This document shows, one piece after another, positions 56,420-64,000 of a stretch of DNA of 64,000 nucleotides (position 1 is the stretch's first letter; each line of letters starts with the position of its first letter). The stretch comes from Polyangiales bacterium (GTDB lineage: Bacteria; Myxococcota_A; Polyangia; Polyangiales; Polyangiaceae), in the NCBI GenBank assembly GCA_038231275.1, contig JBBRLQ010000026.1, positions 1 through 64,000 of the forward strand, given 5' to 3'. The translations under genes were made by a program, and so were the position numbers. The notes beneath the pieces were generated by a model. It worked only from the letters and a program-made list of their open reading frames with translations. It made no database searches and was not told the DNA's origin.

Positions 56420-57619
56420 ATGCGGCATCCCTCGATCTGGCTCGTGCTCGTGGCCGCCCCAATGGCGGCGGCGTTCGTCGCCAGCGGATGCGGCTCTTCT
56501 TCGCACGGCGACGCAACGCCCGGGGACGCAGGCAACGACGCGCCGATTGTCACCCCGCCGCCTCCTCCCCCTCCCCCTCCCCCTCCGCCGACCGATGGAT
56601 CCTCCGCGCTCGACTGCGCGACCGATCTCGCGGCGGACGGCGTTTACGCGCATCTCCAATGCGCGGGCCTCTACACGGATTTCGCGGCGAAGACGCTCGC
56701 GAGCGACGCGCGCGCGTACGTGCCGGCGCTCCAGCTCTGGGCCGACGGCGCCACGAAGCAGCGCTGGCTCCAGCTCCCCGCCGGCCAGAAGATCGACTCG
56801 TCGGACATGGACGAGTGGGTCTTTCCGAACGGCACGAAGGTGTGGAAAGAGTTCTCGCTCGACGGCAAGCGAATCGAGACGCGCCTCTATTCGAAATCGG
56901 CGACCGGGAGCTGGCGCCACACGACCTACCGCTGGAACGCCACCGACACCGACGCCGTGCGAAATGAGGTCGGCGAGCTCGTCGCGCGTGACGGCGGCGC
57001 CGAGGGGGGCGCTCCGCCGTACCAGGTCCCGACCGCCAACGAGTGCAACGACTGCCACGGCGGCCGCAAAGATCGCCTCCTCGGCCTCGAGCCCGTGAAC
57101 CTCGGGATGCCTGGCGCGCAGGGGATCACGCTCGCGTCACTCGTCGCCGAGGGCTTGCTCACGAACGCGCCGCCCGCCACGACCCTCGCGTTTCCCGAGG
57201 ACACGTCGGGGAAAGCCGCCGCCGCGCTGGGGTGGCTGCACGTCTCGTGCGGCCCGTGCCACAACCGCTCGCGCGACGCGAACGCGCAGAACAGCAACAT
57301 CCGCCTGCTCACGATGATGAGCCAACTCGCGGGCGCCGACGCCGGTGCCGACGGAGGTCCGGTACCCGTCACCGCCCTCGACGCGTACCTCACCACCGTG
57401 GACCGCGTCTCGCCGACGCCAATCCCCGGCGGCGACGGCGGCACGTCCTACGTGATCAAGCGCGGCGATCCCTCGGTGAGCCTCGCCGCCTACCTCGCGG
57501 GCCACCGGGTCGGCCCCGCCGGGACTCCGAACCAAAAGCAGCAGATGCCGCCCATCGTCACGCGCGTCCTCGACGGCGCGCACCAGAAGCTCGACGATTG
57601 GATCGTCGTGATCCCCTGA
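56420..57619 (+). CDS. Diheme c-type cytochrome lipoprotein (SO2930-like)
   Basis: ASGC lipobox; LWADGA.K.RW, FP.GT..WKEF and IETR; CNDCH and CGPCH; QMPP. Confidence 0.85.
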   Translation: MRHPSIWLVLVAAPMAAAFVASGCGSSSHGDATPGDAGNDAPIVTPPPPPPPPPPPPTDGSSALDCATDLAADGVYAHLQCAGLYTDFAAKTLASDARAYVPALQLWADGATKQRWLQLPAGQKIDSSDMDEWVFPNGTKVWKEFSLDGKRIETRLYSKSATGSWRHTTYRWNATDTDAVRNEVGELVARDGGAEGGAPPYQVPTANECNDCHGGRKDRLLGLEPVNLGMPGAQGITLASLVAEGLLTNAPPATTLAFPEDTSGKAAAALGWLHVSCGPCHNRSRDANAQNSNIRLLTMMSQLAGADAGADGGPVPVTALDAYLTTVDRVSPTPIPGGDGGTSYVIKRGDPSVSLAAYLAGHRVGPAGTPNQKQQMPPIVTRVLDGAHQKLDDWIVVIP

Positions 57620-57652
57620 GAGCGACCGCTTCTTTTTCGCGACTCGTTGCCG

Positions 57653-59935
<2,283 letters not shown>

Positions 59936-59972
59936 CGACCGTCGCGTTTAGCACGTCCGCTCGCCGGCGACG

Positions 59973-61217
59973 TCAGCCAGCACGCGCGGCGGGCCGCATC
60001 AGCCCGAGCGCGACGCTCACCCCCGTCCAGAGCACGCATGCGGACAGCGCGACGCCGAGCACGACCGGTCCCAGGAGCGCCGCGCCGCCGAAGACCGCAG
60101 CGCCGAGCGCGTCGCCGGTGCGATAGACGAAGGTGTCGATGAACGTCTTCGCCTTGTACTTCTCTTCGCGACTCACCACGGTGAAGAGGACCTCGCGCGC
60201 GGGCTTGGCGACGCCGTAGTCGCACGCGCGACGGGCGACCTGGAACACGACGATCGCCGCGAGCGACGGCTCCAGGCCCACGACCGCGCAGCCGGCGAGC
60301 GTGAGGAGCGGCAACACGAGGAGCACCGGCCCGACGCCGACCGCGCGGAGCAGCGGCCCGATGAGCACGCCCTGCAAGACGAGACTGCCCATGTTCACCG
60401 CCAGATCCATCTTCGCAAAGAGCTCCGTGCGGAGCGCCGTCGTCGGGATCGCCGCCTTCACGATGCGCGCCTGCTCGAAGTAGACGAACGTGGAGGTGAA
60501 CGAGAAGAGGAGCATGTAGAGGACGATCGTAAGGAGGTACTTGCTCCGCGCCGCCTCACGGGTCCACGCGAGCACGCCGCCTCGGCTCAGCTCCACGTCG
60601 CGCGCGGCCCCGTCGGCGATCGGATCGTGGAAGATCCTCGACAAGCGGCGCACGCACCACACCGTGGCCTCGAGCAGCGCGGCGGCGAATATGAGGAGCG
60701 TCGCAGATCCGACGTGCTTCGCCAGCCCCGCGGTGACCGCCGAGCCCACCATCGCGCCGAGCGTCCCGCCCGCGCCGATGAAGCCGAAGAGCCGCACGCC
60801 CTGCTCCTTCTTGAAGAGATCGGCCATCAGGCCCCAGAAGATCGACACCGAGAACAGGTTGAAGACGCTCGTCCACACGAAGAACACGCGCGCCGCGTCG
60901 GGCCCGACGTTCGGCGCCCGCAGCACCCACGCGAACACAAGGAGCTGCAGCGCGAAGAAGCGATTGGTGATCGGGACGAAACGGCGGCGCGACATGCGCG
61001 ACACCAGCGCCGTCAGGAGCGGCGTCACGAGGAACGTCACCGCGAGCGTCACGAGGAAGAGCTTTGGCAGATCGCCGACCTTGCCCGCGAGCCCCATTGC
61101 GTCGCGCACCGGCCGCAGCACGTAGTAGGCCGCCAGCAGGCAGAAGAAATAGAGGAACGACACGAACGCCGCGCCGCGCTCGTCGGGGCGCGCCGGCATC
61201 AAGGACGCGAGGCGCAT
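59973..61217 (-). CDS. MFS transporter, NTP/NDP translocase (TLC)-like
   Basis: YYVLRPVRDAMG, FNLF.VS.FW..MAD.F, KPAREVLFTVV.REEKYKAK.FID motifs. Confidence 0.88.
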   Translation of the reverse strand: MRLASLMPARPDERGAAFVSFLYFFCLLAAYYVLRPVRDAMGLAGKVGDLPKLFLVTLAVTFLVTPLLTALVSRMSRRRFVPITNRFFALQLLVFAWVLRAPNVGPDAARVFFVWTSVFNLFSVSIFWGLMADLFKKEQGVRLFGFIGAGGTLGAMVGSAVTAGLAKHVGSATLLIFAAALLEATVWCVRRLSRIFHDPIADGAARDVELSRGGVLAWTREAARSKYLLTIVLYMLLFSFTSTFVYFEQARIVKAAIPTTALRTELFAKMDLAVNMGSLVLQGVLIGPLLRAVGVGPVLLVLPLLTLAGCAVVGLEPSLAAIVVFQVARRACDYGVAKPAREVLFTVVSREEKYKAKTFIDTFVYRTGDALGAAVFGGAALLGPVVLGVALSACVLWTGVSVALGLMRPAARAG

Positions 61218-61223
61218 GCGTCG

Positions 61224-62393
61224 TCAGCCCGCCGTCGGCCTTTGACGTGCGCGCCACGCCGCGAGCACCTCGGCCTCTCGCGCGCGCGTGATGCCGGCGC
61301 GGAGCTTGTTTCGCCGCTCTTCCGGGAGCGTCGCGAACCACGTGAGGGTGTCCTTCACCGTCTCCTCGAGCGGCCGGAAGGTGAGCCCCTTGGCGATCGC
61401 CCTCGCGCTCGAAACGCGTGCGATGCCCGCGTCGTCGGAGACGGGATCCACCCAAACGGGCATGTCCGACCATGCCTCGACCTTCTGCGACGCGAGGAAT
61501 TTAGCGTCCACCCACTCGAAGCGCGCGCGGCCGCCGGTCGCTGCGTTCGTGCGCGTGAGCATCTCGCCGACGCCTTGCCGCTCTTTCGGCCCCGCCACGT
61601 TGTAGACGCCCACGTCTCCGTTCTCCGCCGCGCGGATCATCCACGCGGCGAGATCGCGCACGTCGACGTACTGGACCGGATCGGCCGGATCGCCCGGCGC
61701 CATCACGTCCCCGCCGTCCTTGATGCGCGCCGGCCAGTACGTGAAGCGATCGGACCCGTCCCCCGGACCGACGATGAGACCCGGGCGCACGTTCGTGACC
61801 TTGCCCGGCATCGCCGCCTCCGCCGCGCGCTCGCACGCCGCCTTGAGCGGTCCGTAGCTGCCTTCGTCGATCTTCTCGACGTTGGGATCGGTCAGCTTTC
61901 CGACGGCGCCCGACTCGTCGACGCCGGTCGTCGGCGGCTTGTCGTAGACCGACACCGACGACACGAAGAGGTACTGCCGCGCGCCCGACAAGAGCTCGGC
62001 GGTCGCCTTCACCTTGCGCGGGACGAAGCCCGAGGTGTCGATGACGACGTCCCACGTGCGCCCGCGCAAGGCGTCGAGCGTCCCGTCGTCGCGATCGCCG
62101 TGGAGCTTCTCGACGTCTGGGAAGAGGCCCGGGTTCGTCTTGCCGCGGTTGAAGAGGGTGAGCGCATGCCCGCGCCCGCGCGCGGCGTCGACGAGCTCGG
62201 GTCCGAGGAACTTCGTGCCGCCGAGAATGAGGATCTTCATGGCCTTCCGTGGCGTGGCGCTCGTGCCGGGCGCGCCGGACAATGCCGCGGTCTTCGGCGG
62301 CGCAGGCTCGGCCCCCGCGCATCCAAGGAGACCGCCGGCGGCGGCGGTGGCGACGGCCGCTTGAAGGAGGAAATCACGACGATGGACGCTCAT
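61224..62393 (-). CDS. Tat-signal NAD-dependent epimerase/dehydratase (atypical SDR)
   Basis: HRRDFL Tat motif; ILGGTKFLG, YGPLK and RPGLIVGP..DRFTYW motifs. Confidence 0.9.
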   Translation of the reverse strand: MSVHRRDFLLQAAVATAAAGGLLGCAGAEPAPPKTAALSGAPGTSATPRKAMKILILGGTKFLGPELVDAARGRGHALTLFNRGKTNPGLFPDVEKLHGDRDDGTLDALRGRTWDVVIDTSGFVPRKVKATAELLSGARQYLFVSSVSVYDKPPTTGVDESGAVGKLTDPNVEKIDEGSYGPLKAACERAAEAAMPGKVTNVRPGLIVGPGDGSDRFTYWPARIKDGGDVMAPGDPADPVQYVDVRDLAAWMIRAAENGDVGVYNVAGPKERQGVGEMLTRTNAATGGRARFEWVDAKFLASQKVEAWSDMPVWVDPVSDDAGIARVSSARAIAKGLTFRPLEETVKDTLTWFATLPEERRNKLRAGITRAREAEVLAAWRARQRPTAG

Positions 62394-62430
62394 CCGCGCA
62401 CAAACACCGCAGGAGTCGATTTGTTCGCGT

Positions 62431-62470
62431 TTGACGATATTTCATATTTACGTTAACTATTATGCGTATT
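62431..62470 (+). promoter_or_regulatory. AT-rich promoter/operator region for the VOC-ArsR operon
   Basis: TTGACG followed by AT-rich TATTTACGTTAACTATTAT in high-GC DNA. Confidence 0.45.
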
Positions 62471-62493
62471 CACTAACCACAAACGGAGCGCCC

Positions 62494-62919
62494 ATGAAAC
62501 CGCCCCCCAAGGATTGGCCTCGCATCTCCTCCTCCCTCTTTTACGACGACGCCGCCGCCGCGATCGACTGGCTGTGCAAGGCCTTCGACTTCAAGGTGCG
62601 CCTTCGCGTGGACGGTGAGGACGGATCGGTCGTCCACTGCGAGCTCGACTACGGCGAGGGTCTCGTCATGGTGAGCAGCTCCAAACCCGACAAGCAGTAC
62701 AAGGCCCCGAGCTCGCTCGGCGGCGCCAATACCCAGACCCTGTGCGTCCAAGTCGAGGACTGCGACGCCCACTTCGCCAAGGCCCGCGCGGCCGGCGCCG
62801 GGATCGTGTCGGAGCCGAAGGTGACCGACTACGGCGAAGGGTACTGGGCCGACCGATCCTACGGCGCCGTCGATCCGGGCGGGCATCAGTGGTGGTTCGC
62901 GCAGCGCGTACGCGGGTGA
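62494..62919 (+). CDS. VOC/PhnB-like glyoxalase protein
   Basis: Y.DAAAAIDWLCKAF, DAHFAKARAAGA and DPGGHQWWF motifs. Confidence 0.9.
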   Translation: MKPPPKDWPRISSSLFYDDAAAAIDWLCKAFDFKVRLRVDGEDGSVVHCELDYGEGLVMVSSSKPDKQYKAPSSLGGANTQTLCVQVEDCDAHFAKARAAGAGIVSEPKVTDYGEGYWADRSYGAVDPGGHQWWFAQRVRG

Positions 62920-62923
62920 GGAG

Positions 62924-63232
62924 ATGACCGCCGAGATCGATCGCACGCTCGCCGCCCTCGCCGATCCGACACGCCGCCGCATCGTGGACGTCCTTCGGAA
63001 GAGGCCGCGTCGCGCGGGCGAGCTGGCGGCGGCGTTCGAGATGAGCGCGCCTGCGATGAGCGCACACCTCAAGGTCCTCCGGAAGATCGGCCTCGTGGAG
63101 CCATCAGGCCTCGCGGAAGACGCGCGCGTCCGCGTCTACCGCTTGCGCCCCGAGCGTTTCGGGGAGCTCCGCACCTGGCTCGACGAGGTCGAGGCGTACT
63201 GGGACGGCCAACAACGCGCCAGGCCACGCTGA
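62924..63232 (+). CDS. ArsR/SmtB-family transcriptional regulator
   Basis: ALADPTRRRI..L, GELA, S.PAMSAHLKVLR..GLV motifs. Confidence 0.92.
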   Translation: MTAEIDRTLAALADPTRRRIVDVLRKRPRRAGELAAAFEMSAPAMSAHLKVLRKIGLVEPSGLAEDARVRVYRLRPERFGELRTWLDEVEAYWDGQQRARPR

Positions 63233-63285
63233 TCGCGGGCGAGGCATCGACAGCGGACGGATCTTTCCCTACGTTCCCCGGCGCC

Positions 63286-64000
63286 TTGAGTCCCCCCTCC
63301 CCGCCTTCGAAGAAGAAAAAGCTCCCCACGAGCCGCGTCGGCCGCCTCGCGCAGGTCGCGCGCATCGGCCTCACGAGCGGCGCGGCGCGTGCGGAGAAGA
63401 CTGCACAGGTCTTGTCGTCGATGCGCGGCCTCGCGGCGAAGGTCGGCCAAATGGCCAGCTACGTCGACGGCCTCGTCCCCGAGGAGCATCGCGAGTCGTA
63501 CTCCTCGTGGCTCTCGCACCTGCGCACGCAAGCCGCGCGCTCGGAGCCGGGAGAGGTGCGCGCGCTCGTCGAAGAGGAGCTCGGCGCCCCCGTCACGAAG
63601 CTCTTCGCAGAGTGGGACGAAGAGCCGTTCGCGAGCGCGTCGATTGGCCAGGTCCACCGCGCGCGCATGGCCGACGGGCGACTGCTCGCCGTGAAGGTGC
63701 AGCACCCGGGCGTCGCGAAGGCGGTCGAGAGCGATCTCTCGAACGCGAGCCTCGTCGAGTCGATGATCGGCGCGCTCGGCGGTCGCCGCCTCGACACCAG
63801 GCGCCTCCTCGAGGTCATCAAGCTCCGTTTCCGCGAAGAGCTGGACTACGCGCACGAGGCCGAGCAGCTCCTCTACTTCACCGCGCTCCACCAGGGCGAT
63901 CCGCAGATCCACATTCCCGCGCTCGTCGCCGAGCGATCGTCGGGCCGCGTCCTCTCTACCGAGCTCGTCAGCGGGCGCACGTTCGACGAGGCCTGCGCCG
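63286..64000 (+). CDS. ABC1/UbiB atypical kinase (partial, runs off the window)
   Basis: Manual translation MRGLAAKVGQM, PFASASIGQVHRA, AVKVQHPG, EELDY..EA; TTG start uncertain. Confidence 0.88.
   Translation, partial: MSPPSPPSKKKKLPTSRVGRLAQVARIGLTSGAARAEKTAQVLSSMRGLAAKVGQMASYVDGLVPEEHRESYSSWLSHLRTQAARSEPGEVRALVEEELGAPVTKLFAEWDEEPFASASIGQVHRARMADGRLLAVKVQHPGVAKAVESDLSNASLVESMIGALGGRRLDTRRLLEVIKLRFREELDYAHEAEQLLYFTALHQGDPQIHIPALVAERSSGRVLSTELVSGRTFDEACA

Overview
This is very high-GC, gene-dense chromosomal DNA. The gene content (Ser/Thr kinase-PEGA-lipoprotein triad, MYXO-CTERM tail, AgmX/PglI C-domain, GRRP ferritin-like protein, many Cys-rich lipoproteins) points to a myxobacterium, probably Polyangia/Sorangiineae-like; that assignment is inference. 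I found no rRNA, tRNA, CRISPR array or intact mobile element. The first ~18 kb is a decayed plasticity zone. It holds a frameshifted tyrosine-recombinase remnant, several gene stubs, and a 250-bp direct repeat (3' end of an ATP-grasp gene, 13 mismatches) bracketing ~10.4 kb that carries an ECF/anti-sigma operon and a lipoprotein-Rieske operon. It also holds a fasciclin remnant under a CarH/LitR-like triple 11-bp operator. The rest encodes secreted hydrolases (M23, M4, DUF1906, serine hydrolase, phosphoesterase), a collagen-fibre operon, a divergent pair of paralogous Cys-rich lipoproteins, a REC-Zn-REC/KaiC-like pair, a BlaI/M56-AgmX system with a perfect operator, Tex and assorted metabolic genes. 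Two window-wide patterns stand out: recurring sigma-54-like promoters placed almost on top of start codons, and pervasive D-[AGS]-[GAS] motifs in exported proteins. All calls come from reading motifs by eye; no database searches were run.
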